DNA of 63,839 nucleotides, filler included, from Myxococcota bacterium (GCA_049322255.1; 9 parts of 9 records of this genome joined end to end with filler, not necessarily neighbours in it), one strand, 5' to 3'. Numbered from the whole stretch's first letter, positions 1 to 9,646 are shown. Notes: a model not told the origin generated them from the letters alone. Numbers and translations: made by a program.

Positions 1-12
1 CCACAGGGCACC

Positions 13-300
13 TTGGTAGCATTCAGAAACGTGAGCAACGAGAACACCAAAGGAGGAGGAAAGAAGCCCTCCGCCTTCAAGCCGCCCGCACCCGCTCCGC
101 GCCCCCGCGCACAGGTCGCCTACGAGGGCGACGACGCCTTCAGCCTGATGTCCACCGACGAGTCGGTGCGCGCGCAGAAAAAGAAGGTTGAGCTCAAACC
201 CGGAGACCCCGGTTACCGGCCTCCGGCGCCGGTTCCCAGCGACCAGCAGCCGAAGGGAAATTCGGCTTGGCAGTTCTTCCGTAAGATTTTCGGCGACTGA
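13..300 (+). CDS. Small Pro/Lys-rich hypothetical protein (start may be GTG 31)
   Basis: GC3-biased ORF ending in an amphipathic AWQFFRKIFGD; no recognisable domain. Confidence 0.5.
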   Translation: MVAFRNVSNENTKGGGKKPSAFKPPAPAPRPRAQVAYEGDDAFSLMSTDESVRAQKKKVELKPGDPGYRPPAPVPSDQQPKGNSAWQFFRKIFGD

Positions 301-380
301 CATGGTGCTTGCTCCGAGGCTGGTGCTGATGACTCGTGAGCTTGCCCTGAGCTGACCGCGTAGCGGCTATGCTCTGTGGC

Positions 381-1244
381 ATGCCGCTGTTTTCCCGCCC
401 CGACGGAACGCTGGCGACGGATGTGGCGCCGTATCGCCGCATCATGCCTTTCCTCATGCGGACGCGTACCGAATCGGCGGTGTACTTCGAGCAAGAGGTC
501 GACCTCACCAAGACCCTGCCCTTCCTCGAGGCCTTCAACGCCCAGAGCGAGCACCGGGTGACGGTGTTTCACCTCTTCCTCTGGGCGGCGGTCCGCACGC
601 TGCACGAGAGAGCGCGGCTCAACCGCTTCGTGATGGGCAGCCGCATCTACCAGCGCGACGGCATCTGGGTGTCGTACTCGGCCAAGAAGGCGCTTTCCGA
701 CGAAGCGCCGATCGTGGTGCTCAAGCGCCGGTTCGACCCAGCGCTCTCTTTCACCGAGCTGGTGCGCTTCGTCTACTCGGACCTCGGCAAGGGCCGCTCC
801 GACGAGAAGAGCCATGTGGACAAGGAGCTCTCTCTCTTCCTCCGCCTTCCGGGGCCGTTGCTCTCTTTTGGGGTGCGCGTTTTGCGCTGGCTCGACCGGT
901 GGAACCTGCTCCCCGGCTCTTTCATTCACCCCGATCCGATGTACGCCAGCCTCTTCGTCGCCAACTTAGGCAGCCTCAAGCTCGAATCGGCGTACCACCA
1001 CCTCTACGAGTACGGGAACATTCCTCTCTTCGCGGCCATCGGCCAAACCCGGCACGCGGTGGTGGCCCGCGCCGACGGCACCGTCTCCACGCGCCCGGTG
1101 TGCTCCATCAAGTACTCCCTCGACGAGCGGGTGGAAGACGGCCTGTACTGCGCCCGCGCGCTCGAGGTGTTGCGCGGAATGCTCGAGGACCCGGCGGCTC
1201 ACGGCGCAATGCCGGCAATGCTCCCGGTGCGGGAGTCGGCGTGA
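381..1244 (+). CDS. 2-oxo-acid dehydrogenase E2 catalytic-domain-like protein without lipoyl domain
   Basis: LNRFV, ANLGSL and SLDERVEDG motifs resemble the 2-oxoacid_dh/CAT fold; stop overlaps the fdhD GTG. Confidence 0.75.
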   Translation: MPLFSRPDGTLATDVAPYRRIMPFLMRTRTESAVYFEQEVDLTKTLPFLEAFNAQSEHRVTVFHLFLWAAVRTLHERARLNRFVMGSRIYQRDGIWVSYSAKKALSDEAPIVVLKRRFDPALSFTELVRFVYSDLGKGRSDEKSHVDKELSLFLRLPGPLLSFGVRVLRWLDRWNLLPGSFIHPDPMYASLFVANLGSLKLESAYHHLYEYGNIPLFAAIGQTRHAVVARADGTVSTRPVCSIKYSLDERVEDGLYCARALEVLRGMLEDPAAHGAMPAMLPVRESA

Positions 1245-2056
1245 AGGGAGTCACCCAACGCCCGGTGCAAAGAAACGGCGGCGAAGCCGGCGTGGACGAT
1301 GTGGTCATCGAAGAGCCGCTCGAGATTCGCGTCGCCGGTGAGCCGCTCGCCGTCACCATGCGCACCCCGGGAGACGATGCGCGGCTGGCGGTGGGCTTTC
1401 TTTTCGCCGAAGGGGTGGTGCGCGCGATGGAGGATGTGGGCGCGGTCGCCCATTGCGGCCGCCTGGGGGAAGAAGGCTTTGGCAACGTCATCGAGGTCAC
1501 CCCGGCCCCGGGAGCCAAGCTCGAGCTTGCGCGCGTGGCGGCAAGTCGCCGCGGCACCCTCACCACCGCCGCGTGTGGAGTCTGCGGCCGCAAGAGCATT
1601 GACGATCTGCTCGCCCACGTCGGCGTGCTCGAAGACGGTCCCGCGCTCTCTGCCCAGCTCATCACCAACGCCCCGGCGCGCTTGCGTGAGGCGCAAAAGA
1701 ACTTCGCACGCACCGGAGGGCTTCACGCGGCGGCGGCGCTCGATGCGCAAGGAGCCGTTCTCGCTGCCTTCGAAGACGTCGGCCGCCACAACGCCGTCGA
1801 CAAGGTGGTGGGAGAGCTCCTTTACCGGGGGCTGTTGCCCTTGCGCCGCGCAGCCGTGCTCGTGGTGAGCGGGCGGGCGAGCTTCGAAATCATTCAGAAG
1901 GCGCTGGCGGCGGGCATTCCGGCGGTGGCGAGCGTCTCGGCAGCAAGCTCGTTGGCCATCGACCTCGCGCAGCGCGGCAACCTCACCCTCGCCACCTTCG
2001 TGCGCGACGGGGGCTTCAACGTGTATACCGGAACGGCTCGCGTTCTCCCCGGTTGA
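1241..2056 (+). CDS. fdhD: Formate dehydrogenase accessory sulfurtransferase FdhD
   Basis: EEPLEI, TMRTPG, ACGVCG, TGGLHAAA, EDVGRHNAVDK, SGRASFE motifs; GTG 1241 overlaps the upstream TGA. Confidence 0.95.
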   Translation: MKGVTQRPVQRNGGEAGVDDVVIEEPLEIRVAGEPLAVTMRTPGDDARLAVGFLFAEGVVRAMEDVGAVAHCGRLGEEGFGNVIEVTPAPGAKLELARVAASRRGTLTTAACGVCGRKSIDDLLAHVGVLEDGPALSAQLITNAPARLREAQKNFARTGGLHAAAALDAQGAVLAAFEDVGRHNAVDKVVGELLYRGLLPLRRAAVLVVSGRASFEIIQKALAAGIPAVASVSAASSLAIDLAQRGNLTLATFVRDGGFNVYTGTARVLPG

Positions 2057-2059
2057 GAC

Positions 2060-4294
2060 ATGCTCCGCCGCTTCTGGAACTTCCTGCGCACCTTCTTTCC
2101 TTTCGGCCTCTTGGTCAGCACCAAGCCGCGGCACTTCCGCGAGATGCTCGCCGTCCTCTGGGAAAACCGCCGGCAGCTGCCCTTTGCTTGGCGCATTCTC
2201 CGCCACGGCGTTTGTGATGGGTGCTCCTTGGGACCGCGCGGGCTCAAAGACGACGTCATTCCCGGGGTGCACCTGTGCCTCACCCGCCTCAAGCTCTTGC
2301 GCCTCAACACGATGGAGGCGCTCCCGGACGGCGCATGGAGCGACATCGAAAGACTGCGCACCCTCACCAACGAACAGCTCCACCACTTGGGCCGGCTCCC
2401 CTACCCGCTGCTCTACACAAAAGGAGCGCCGGGCTTTCGGCGCATCTCCTGGGACGAGGCGGTGCAAAAGGTAGCGAGCGCACTGGCGACGACCGACCCG
2501 GAGCGCATGGGTTTCTTCGCCTCCAGCCGCGGGCTGACCAACGAGACCTATTACACCTTCCAAAAGCTCGCCCGCATCGCCGGCACCCCGCACGTCGACA
2601 GCTGCGCACGTCTGTGCCACGCCGCCTCTGCCACCGGCCTGAAAGAAACCCTCGGCTGGGGGGCCGCCACCTGCTCGCTCAAAGACTTGATTGGCACCGA
2701 TTTGGTCATCCTCTTCGGCACCGACCTGCCCAACAACCAACCGGTGGCGACCAAGTACCTGCACTTCGCCAAGAAGGCGGGTACGAAGATTCTGGTGGTG
2801 AATCCGTTTCGCGAGCCAGCGCTCGAGAGGTACTGGGTCCCATCGGTTCCCGTGAGCGCCCTCTTTGGCACCCCGCTGATGGACGCGTTCTTTCCCGTCG
2901 CTCCGGGAGGAGACATCGCCTTCATCCATGGAGTGCTCAAGTCGCTCGACTCTCTGGGCGGCTTCGATCGCCCCTTTTGTGACACCCACACCCTCGGCCT
3001 CGACGAGCTGCTCGCTCGGGTACGCAGTCTTTCTTGGGAGGAGCTTCAGCAACACAGCGGCCTTCCCCGCGCCGAGATGGAAAAGTTCGCCCGCCTCTAC
3101 GCCCAGAGCCGGCACGCGGTCATCGTCTATTCGATGGGCCTCACCCAGCACCGCTTCGGGGTGGACAACGTCAAGGCGGTGGTGAACCTCGCCCTTGCCC
3201 GAGGCAACGTAGGACGTCCCAAGACGGGCATCATACCAATCCGCGGACATTCGGGAGTGCAGGGCACCGCCGAATGCGGCGTCGACCCCGACAAGCTCCC
3301 CGGAGCGGTGGAGATTTCTCCCGAGTCGGTCGCCCATCTGGAAAGTCTGTGGGGGCACCCGGTGCCGGCAAAGAAAGGGCTTCGGGCGGCGCACCTGCTC
3401 GATCGCGCCGGCGAGGGTGGGCTCGATCTGCTCTACACCTTGGGCGGCAACTACCTCGACACCATGCCCGACCCCAACGCAGCAGCCAGCGCTCTGGGGA
3501 AGGTACGCCTGCGGGTGCACCAAGACATCGTCATCAACACCTCGGCACTGGTCGAGCCGCAAGTCGACGGCGGCGAAGTGTTGCTCCTGCCGGCGCAGAC
3601 CCGCTACGAGCAGCCCGGGGGCGGCACCTCGACTTCCACCGAGCGCCGCATTCGCTTCACCCCGGAGATTCCCGGCCGCCGCATCGGCGAAGCAGTCGCC
3701 GAGTGGAAGATTCCCGTGCGCATCGGCCGCGCGCTCGAGCCCGACCGGCCCGAGTTGTTCGCCTTCGACGACTCTCAGGCCGTGCGCAAGGAAATGGGAA
3801 GGGTGATGCCGCTCTACGCGGGCATCGAGAACCTCTCCCAGGAAGGCCAGTGGGTGCAGTGGGGAGGCGAACGACTGGGCGAAGGGGGCCACTTCGTGAA
3901 TCTGCCCGGCGGGCGCGCCCGCTTTTCCGCGGTGGAGCTGCCCAAGGTGGAAATACCTGCGGGCCACTTCTTCCTCACCTCGCGCAGGGGCAAGCAGTTC
4001 AACTCCATCACCTACGGCCCCAAAGACGGCGTCACCGGTGCGGTGACACGAAAAACCATCTTCTTTGCGCCCGAGGATGCCTCCCAGCTGGGTCTTGCGG
4101 CGGGAGACCCCGTGCGGCTGTCCAGTGCGCTGGGCCAAATGGAAGGAGTCTGCGCGCTGGGCCCTTGCCGACCAGGACACCTGCAGGCCTTCTGGCCGGA
4201 GTGCAACGTCCTCATCGGCCGCCGCTACGATCCGGCCTCCGGAGAGCCCGACTACAACGCCTTCGTCCGCGTGCACCCGGTGACAATTCGATGA
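2060..4294 (+). CDS. FdhF/YdeP family molybdopterin oxidoreductase
   Basis: GVCDGCSLG, DSCARLCH, PIRGHSGVQG, RRGKQFNS and SGEPDYNA motifs; directly follows fdhD. Confidence 0.92.
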   Translation: MLRRFWNFLRTFFPFGLLVSTKPRHFREMLAVLWENRRQLPFAWRILRHGVCDGCSLGPRGLKDDVIPGVHLCLTRLKLLRLNTMEALPDGAWSDIERLRTLTNEQLHHLGRLPYPLLYTKGAPGFRRISWDEAVQKVASALATTDPERMGFFASSRGLTNETYYTFQKLARIAGTPHVDSCARLCHAASATGLKETLGWGAATCSLKDLIGTDLVILFGTDLPNNQPVATKYLHFAKKAGTKILVVNPFREPALERYWVPSVPVSALFGTPLMDAFFPVAPGGDIAFIHGVLKSLDSLGGFDRPFCDTHTLGLDELLARVRSLSWEELQQHSGLPRAEMEKFARLYAQSRHAVIVYSMGLTQHRFGVDNVKAVVNLALARGNVGRPKTGIIPIRGHSGVQGTAECGVDPDKLPGAVEISPESVAHLESLWGHPVPAKKGLRAAHLLDRAGEGGLDLLYTLGGNYLDTMPDPNAAASALGKVRLRVHQDIVINTSALVEPQVDGGEVLLLPAQTRYEQPGGGTSTSTERRIRFTPEIPGRRIGEAVAEWKIPVRIGRALEPDRPELFAFDDSQAVRKEMGRVMPLYAGIENLSQEGQWVQWGGERLGEGGHFVNLPGGRARFSAVELPKVEIPAGHFFLTSRRGKQFNSITYGPKDGVTGAVTRKTIFFAPEDASQLGLAAGDPVRLSSALGQMEGVCALGPCRPGHLQAFWPECNVLIGRRYDPASGEPDYNAFVRVHPVTIR

Positions 4295-4352
4295 CAGGGG
4301 CGCACCAGTCTCGCTAGTGTCCGGTCGCGAACGAAGTACTCGAGGAAGTCGA

Positions 4353-5159
4353 ATGGCGCACATCAAGCTGAAACAACAGGACGCCAAGGCGCTGGCGGAA
4401 GGTTACAGCCGCGCTTTTCGCCGAGTGGAGATTGGCAGCATCCTCTCCTTCGCGGTGTTGATGGTGCTTTTGGGTGTGAAGGTGGCTCCGCATGGAGGGG
4501 AGAGCCCCTGGCTTCTGCTGGCCGCGATGCTGTGCGGCTATCTCGCCGCCGACTTTGTCTCCGGGTTCGTGCACTGGCTGGCGGATACCTGGGGTTCCTT
4601 GAGCACCCCGCTGGTGGGAAAGACGCTGATTCGCCCTTTCCGCGAGCACCACGTCGACGAGAAAGCGATGACCCGCCACGACTTCGTGGAGACCAACGGC
4701 GCCAACTGCCTCATTTCACTTCCGGCGGCGCTCGTCGCGTTGGCCATTCCGCTGGGCCCGGGGCACTGGCACTGGCTGCGCCTGTTTGGCGCCACCTTCC
4801 TCGGAGCGATGATTTTCTGGGTGATGGCCACCAACCAGTTCCACAAGTGGTCGCATATGGACGAGCCGCCCACCCTCGTCGCCTGGCTGCAGCGGCTGCA
4901 TTTGATTCTGCCGCCCGCGCACCACGCCATCCATCACACCGCGCCCTTCGCCAAGTACTACTGCATCACCGTCGGGTGGCTGAATTGGCCGCTCACCAAA
5001 CTCCACTTCTTCCCCACCCTGGAGCGGATGATGACCGCCACCCTGGGCTGGCTGCCGCGGCAAGATGACATCGGTACTGAGGCAGCTTTGGCCATCGCTC
5101 CGGGGATAGAGAACGAGCAAAAGCATTCAACGCTCGTGGCCGCCCCCCCCCAACATTAA
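4353..5159 (+). CDS. carF: CarF/TMEM189 plasmanylethanolamine desaturase
   Basis: His boxes HWLADTWG, FREHH, QFHKWSH, HHAIHH and YYCITVGWLN; ATG 4353 after GAGGAAG. Confidence 0.93.
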   Translation: MAHIKLKQQDAKALAEGYSRAFRRVEIGSILSFAVLMVLLGVKVAPHGGESPWLLLAAMLCGYLAADFVSGFVHWLADTWGSLSTPLVGKTLIRPFREHHVDEKAMTRHDFVETNGANCLISLPAALVALAIPLGPGHWHWLRLFGATFLGAMIFWVMATNQFHKWSHMDEPPTLVAWLQRLHLILPPAHHAIHHTAPFAKYYCITVGWLNWPLTKLHFFPTLERMMTATLGWLPRQDDIGTEAALAIAPGIENEQKHSTLVAAPPQH

Positions 5160-5164
5160 TTTAC

Positions 5165-5404
5165 GGCCGACCCCCGAGCAGTGCCGAAAGATTGCTCCAG
5201 GTCTTCCTCGAGAGCACCCCTGCCCTAAAACCGCCGGATGCAGAGCACCAAGTGGCTCAAAAGAGGCCAGGCATGTCTTCAACGCGGTCAAAACCGCCAT
5301 CATGCTCGAGCCCCCGAACATGGGTGAGACTCCGGCCCGTCTCCGGATGTGGACTCAAAGGGCCTTGAGTGGGTGCGCGGGAATTCTCCGAGGCTCCCAG
5401 GGCC
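5165..5404 (+). ncRNA. Candidate structured RNA of unassigned family
   Basis: Several nested and serial helices in the 279-nt gap between convergent carF and murI; G-U pairs favour the + strand. Confidence 0.35.
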
Positions 5405-5438
5405 CGCAGAGCAAAAAACTCTGAGGGGTTGAGCCCTC

Positions 5439-6251
5439 TCAACCAAAACGAATGTCCACCTGCTGGGCGCCAGCGAGCGGGCGCCCGAGGAAGCGCTCCC
5501 CCACGGCGAGGAAGCGCTCTGGGACATCGGTGACGAAGTAGTGCCGCTCCACCGCGCGTAGACCGGTGGCAAGCAAGTCGGCGTCGGCAAGGAGCTGCGC
5601 TGCCGCCTCCGCGGTGGCCTCCGCCGAGTCCACCAAAGCCACTTTCGGGCCCACCACCTCGCCAATCACCCCTCGCAAGAGCGGGTAGTGCGTGCAGCCG
5701 AGCACCAGGGTGTCGATGCCGTGGGCAAACTCGGAAAGGTACTCCGTTGTCACCAACCGGGGAACTTCCCCATTCACCCAGCCCTCCTCGGCCAGAGGCA
5801 CGAAGAGAGGGCAGGCCCTGGCCTTCACTTGCACCCCTGGCCGCGCGGCCTCGAGGGCACGCTGATAGGCGCCCGAGCTCACCGTCCCCCAAGTCCCCAC
5901 CACGCCAATCACCCCGCTTCGGCTGAGCTTCGCCGCCGTCTGCGCGCCCGGTTCGATGACTCCCAGCACCGGAATTCCCAGTTTGGCTTTCAGCTCGGGC
6001 AGCGCCACCGCCGAAGCCGTGTTGCAGGCCACCACCAGGAGCTTGATGCGGCGCGCCAGGAGGAACTCGGCGTTCTGGAGCGAATAGCGTGTCACCACTT
6101 CGGGCGATTTGGTGCCGTAGGGCACGCGAGCGGTGTCCCCCAAGTACACCGTACTCTCCTGGGGCAAGCGCTCCGTCAACGCTTTGAGCACCGTCAGCCC
6201 GCCCACCCCGGAGTCGAAAACGCCGATCGCCCTGTGTGCATCCTGCCGCAT
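5439..6251 (-). CDS. murI: Glutamate racemase
   Basis: FDSGVGGLTV, PYGTKS, VVACNTAS and LGCTHYP catalytic motifs. Confidence 0.98.
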   Translation of the reverse strand: MRQDAHRAIGVFDSGVGGLTVLKALTERLPQESTVYLGDTARVPYGTKSPEVVTRYSLQNAEFLLARRIKLLVVACNTASAVALPELKAKLGIPVLGVIEPGAQTAAKLSRSGVIGVVGTWGTVSSGAYQRALEAARPGVQVKARACPLFVPLAEEGWVNGEVPRLVTTEYLSEFAHGIDTLVLGCTHYPLLRGVIGEVVGPKVALVDSAEATAEAAAQLLADADLLATGLRAVERHYFVTDVPERFLAVGERFLGRPLAGAQQVDIRFG

Positions 6252-6413
6252 CGATGCGCGTAGCTATCACGAAAGGTGCCAAGCGTCGGGCTGTCGAAGG
6301 CTCGCCGCGCGGGAGTGAAGGTACCCAAGCCCGGCCAAGCAACGGCCATGACCAAGCGGCGCAAGAACGCGCGCGCCGCCTACCGCAAAAGGAAACGGTA
6401 GCTCACCCACACC

Positions 6414-6442
6414 AACGAAAAGGCCGGGAGAATCTCCCGGCC
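6414..6442 (-). terminator. Intrinsic terminator of the 6466-7423 gene
   Basis: Perfect 9-bp stem GGCCGGGAG/CTCCCGGCC followed on the minus strand by TTTTCGTT. Confidence 0.75.
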
Positions 6443-6465
6443 CTGGCGGCTTGGGGCGTAAACCA

Positions 6466-7423
6466 CTACTGGCGATAGAGCTGGACGCTGGTCGCCTGCT
6501 GCGCGGTGGGGAATTGGCCCGCGGTGATGGTCACCACCGGCGGGTTGGTGCCATTGGAAAGGTAGAGCACGTTGCCCGGCCCGGTGCCTTTGATGAACAC
6601 CCGGTAGGTCCCCGGCTGCAGGTAGCTGTAGACGATGGGCGCCGCGTTGCAGGCCTGTGGGTCGCCGTTCTGGCCGTAGATGAGGTTGCCCTGCGCGTCT
6701 TCGAAGTTGATGCTCATGGTGGTCACCCCTGCCGAGGCGCAGGTATGTGCCACCTGTCCATCGGTGAGCTGCCAAGTCAACGCCACCCCGCCCACGCCCC
6801 ACGCCAGCTGATAATCAACGAAGACTGGGTTACCAGCGACGGTCTGCAGCGAGCTGGTGAGCCGGTAATAGGGGTATCCGTTGGCATCCATGGCGACGAA
6901 GGAGATGACGTGGGTGCCCGCGGTGAGAAAGGGCGTCTGCGCTCCCGCCAAGGTTTGGCCCTGCTCGCAGGTATAACGAGTGGTGACACCATCGATGGTC
7001 ACGTCTACGTGGGTGACGCCCGCTTGCTGGCAGTTGGGGTTCTGGCTGAGGGAGTTGGGGGGGAACCTCCACGTCAAGTAGGCGACGGAACTGGAGCCAC
7101 CCGCCGGGGTCAAATCGACGGTCACTTGAGTGTCGCCGTTGACGGTGAAGCTTCCAGAGCCCGTGTAAAGCACCTCGTTGCTGGTACCCAACGCGTCGAT
7201 ATCGAAGGTGTAGGTCTTGCCTACGAAACCTTGCAGCACGATGCCTGGGTAGTTGTTCGTCAGGCAGGAGTAGACACCGTTGTTCTGCAGCGTCTCCCCA
7301 GCGATGCGGATTTGAACCTTAGCCACCTGCGGAACATCGCTGCAGGTTTGTCCCGCGAAAGACCAAGTGAAGGTCACCTCACCCGGCTGGAGCTGCCCTC
7401 CTCCGCCACCGCCGCCACCACCA
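6466..7423 (-). CDS. Secreted protein with three beta-sandwich-like repeats (5' truncated by contig end)
   Basis: Three repeats of the pattern TW...C...V...I...C, preceded by a Gly-rich linker; ORF runs into the gap. Confidence 0.7.
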
Positions 7424-7523
7424 NNNNNNNNNNNNNNNNNNNNNNNNNNNNNNNNNNNNNNNNNNNNTTAATTAATTAANNNNNNNNNNNNNNNNNNNNN
7501 NNNNNNNNNNNNNNNNNNNNNNN
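7424..7523. other. Artificial contig linker (N-TTAATTAATTAA-N); also at 14869-14968, 22170-22269, 29437-29536, 36609-36708, 43726-43825, 50785-50884, 57760-57859. Pure-N scaffold gap at 52657-52756
   Basis: Identical 100-nt spacer with a six-frame stop; flanking contigs are size-sorted. Confidence 0.97.
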
Positions 7524-7525
7524 GC

Positions 7526-7954
7526 TTCGGCTCCCGCCCACAGCCGCAACGTGCGTTCGTCGAGGTGCCTGCTCATGAGCTTGAACCGCTTCCGGACTTC
7601 TTTCTCGGTGGCCATCGCCACCTTCGATCACGTTCGCGAGAGCTTGTCGACCCCCTCGTCGCTTACGTAATTCGATCTCAGGCCCTTACTGTGCCTTTGC
7701 CTGAGGAAGTGATTGGAATGCCGGTTGCCGAATATCATTCGCACCCGGAGATTTGCCTGACACCACGCTGCATGGGGGCGGATCCCAACAACTTCGCGCC
7801 GCCTGATCTCAGGCGCGCAGCAGGGCATGCTCGCGATTCCTATCTGTTCACGCCGTCCGGACGAATCCGCGTGTTTGATGTATATGATGATTGGAGGCCC
7901 GGCGACCTCGTGGGCGACTTCGAACGGGCAGGAAGGAAGGGGTGGTTAAAGTGA
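7526..7954 (+). CDS. Putative polymorphic toxin C-terminal domain (DUF4329/JAB-like), 5' truncated
   Basis: AEYHSHP...FAPPD...SYLFTPSGRI motif; lower-GC tract; RHS remnant nearby; frame open to contig start. Confidence 0.55.
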   Translation, partial: FGSRPQPQRAFVEVPAHELEPLPDFFLGGHRHLRSRSRELVDPLVAYVIRSQALTVPLPEEVIGMPVAEYHSHPEICLTPRCMGADPNNFAPPDLRRAAGHARDSYLFTPSGRIRVFDVYDDWRPGDLVGDFERAGRKGWLK

Positions 7955-8361
7955 CTGCGCCAACGGCCAGGAGGAAGGTGTGTCTTGGGCTGCTACTGGC
8001 AGCAACCGCTTGGTTTGCTGCATCGTGTCGCGCCCAGACGGGCGCTCCAAGTTCAACAGCGAAGACGCCCTTAGCAGCGGGTCTCAACAACGGCGTCGAA
8101 TGGGAGGAAGAGGTGAGTCTACCGCGTGGAGTTACCCTTCAGGCCCAGCACGTAGAGGCGTTAGGCCTGACTTGGACTCGATACAGCAGCACGCTCGATG
8201 AAGACGAGTTGCGCCGAGAGTACGAGGCCACCATCTACGAGGAGGCGGGCAACTGGGTTGTAATCTGGATGCCTGCAGCTCCGAACATCATTGGCGGTGG
8301 GATGGTCTTCCGCGTCGATCGTAAAGGAAAGAGAATCCTCCAAGAAACGGGAGGCCAGTGA
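7951..8361 (+). CDS. Putative immunity lipoprotein (NTF2-fold immunity-like)
   Basis: GTGA overlap with the toxin stop; lipobox-like FAASC; C-terminal WVVIW...GGG..F.VDRK.K.IL pattern. Confidence 0.55.
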   Translation: MTAPTARRKVCLGLLLAATAWFAASCRAQTGAPSSTAKTPLAAGLNNGVEWEEEVSLPRGVTLQAQHVEALGLTWTRYSSTLDEDELRREYEATIYEEAGNWVVIWMPAAPNIIGGGMVFRVDRKGKRILQETGGQ

Positions 8362-8473
8362 ACGCCTCCTCCGATTCGTCGCCCCTGCAAAGGGTGGATG
8401 AACTCTATCGCGATTTCAGGATGAGATGGCGCCATGCGGTTAAGGCTACGCAACGACGATGGGGCGATCCGCC

Positions 8474-8845
8474 ATGACCGGAACGATTCGCGTATTCCTC
8501 CTGGGTCTTGCTTGCATTGGATGCGCCTCGGGCTCGCAGTCACCAGTAGCTTGGGTGGACACTAAACCAGCGCTAGAAATCATTGTTCTTTCGCCCAGGA
8601 CCGGCGACGACTTTGCCGCAGATCCAATCGTGGTTCATTTCAGAGCAGCAAGCCCATGCCCCATCAAGGAAATCAGCTACTCGTTGGGTCAGTGGTCATC
8701 GGTGTTGCGGGCGCCACCGTGGCGAGAAGAAATATCGCGCGATCAACTCGGAGCCATCGATGAAAGCGACGTTGTCTTCTTCTTCAAGGCCGAAGACGAA
8801 TGCGGGCACTTCAGGGTGCACGCCCATGGTCGCACGGTGCTGTAG
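8474..8845 (+). CDS. Hypothetical lipoprotein, copy 1
   Basis: Signal peptide ending LACIGC; near-identical paralog at 9261-9632. Confidence 0.65.
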   Translation: MTGTIRVFLLGLACIGCASGSQSPVAWVDTKPALEIIVLSPRTGDDFAADPIVVHFRAASPCPIKEISYSLGQWSSVLRAPPWREEISRDQLGAIDESDVVFFFKAEDECGHFRVHAHGRTVL

Positions 8846-9012
8846 AGACAGAGCGTGATTTTCGAACCAACTGCCGGCGGCGGTCACCGTGGGCGCGTTC
8901 TTGCTGGGTTTCGCTGCCACCCTGGCGCTGGGCAGTTTGACTACACAGGGAATTGGCCAACGAGCAGCGGTGGTCCATGGGTCGTTCCAGAGATTCAATT
9001 CTGGGAGGAACC

Positions 9013-9264
9013 ATGAAGCGGATATCGCGCATCATTTGGATTGTCGCAGGGATGTGGGTCGGTCTTCACATGTATTGGTTCGTCGCCAGTATTTTGCCCG
9101 AGCGCTGGCGCGAGTGGTTAGCCGATGACGGAATTGATCTGGGCCAGGACCGCATCCTCCCGTTTGCAGCCTTCGCATGGCTTTTATTCGGTTTTCTAGG
9201 CTCGTTGGCATTCCTGAGACTAAGAGAAATATGGCTCGCGCGGCAGAGGCGAATAGAGCCATGA
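9013..9264 (+). CDS. Small two-TM membrane protein (possible immunity protein)
   Basis: GGAGG SD before ATG 9013; two hydrophobic segments; stop overlaps the next ATG. Confidence 0.6.
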   Translation: MKRISRIIWIVAGMWVGLHMYWFVASILPERWREWLADDGIDLGQDRILPFAAFAWLLFGFLGSLAFLRLREIWLARQRRIEP

Positions 9265-9632
9265 CCGGAATGATTCGCGCATTCCTCCTGGGTCTTGCTT
9301 GCATCGGATGCGCCTCGGGCTCGCAGTCACCAGTAGCTTGGGTGGACACCAAACCAGCGCTGGAAATCATTGTTCTTTCTCCCACGACGGATAACGACTT
9401 TGCGGCAAACCCAATCGTGGTCCATTTTCGACCGGTGAGCTCCTGCGCCATCAAGGAAATCAGGTACTCGTTGGGTCAGTGGTCATCGGTGTTGCGAGCG
9501 CCACCGTGGCGAGAAGAAATATCGCGCGACTGGGTCGGCACCATGGATGAAGACACCGTTGCTCTCTTCTTCAATGCCGAAGACGAATGCGGACATTTCA
9601 CGGTGCAAACCAAGATTCATACAACCATGTAG
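9261..9632 (+). CDS. Hypothetical lipoprotein, copy 2
   Basis: Same length (372 nt) and highly similar to 8474-8845. Confidence 0.65.
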   Translation: MTGMIRAFLLGLACIGCASGSQSPVAWVDTKPALEIIVLSPTTDNDFAANPIVVHFRPVSSCAIKEIRYSLGQWSSVLRAPPWREEISRDWVGTMDEDTVALFFNAEDECGHFTVQTKIHTTM

Positions 9633-9646
9633 CGGGCGTAGCATGA

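Noticed and set aside
2060..4294. Selenocysteine-containing formate dehydrogenase
   Set aside because: The active-site position reads CARLCH with Cys codons; no in-frame TGA
1199..4387. 1062-aa minus-strand ORF, and similar long shadow ORFs (16773-19127, 31902-33647, 39197-41959, 49082-50767, 59198-60778)
   Set aside because: Antisense or alternate-frame shadows of well-supported high-GC genes, with no motifs of their own
5165..5404. Retron msr/msd, RNase P, SRP, 6S or tRNA-Sec
   Set aside because: No reverse transcriptase on the contig, and no hallmark motifs (GAGGAAAGTCC, SRP helix-8 loop, TCA anticodon arm) recognised
6264..6281. Sigma54 promoters (TGGCAC upstream of murI, and at about 19180)
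   Set aside because: The -24 box is present but the -12 element deviates from TTGC in both cases
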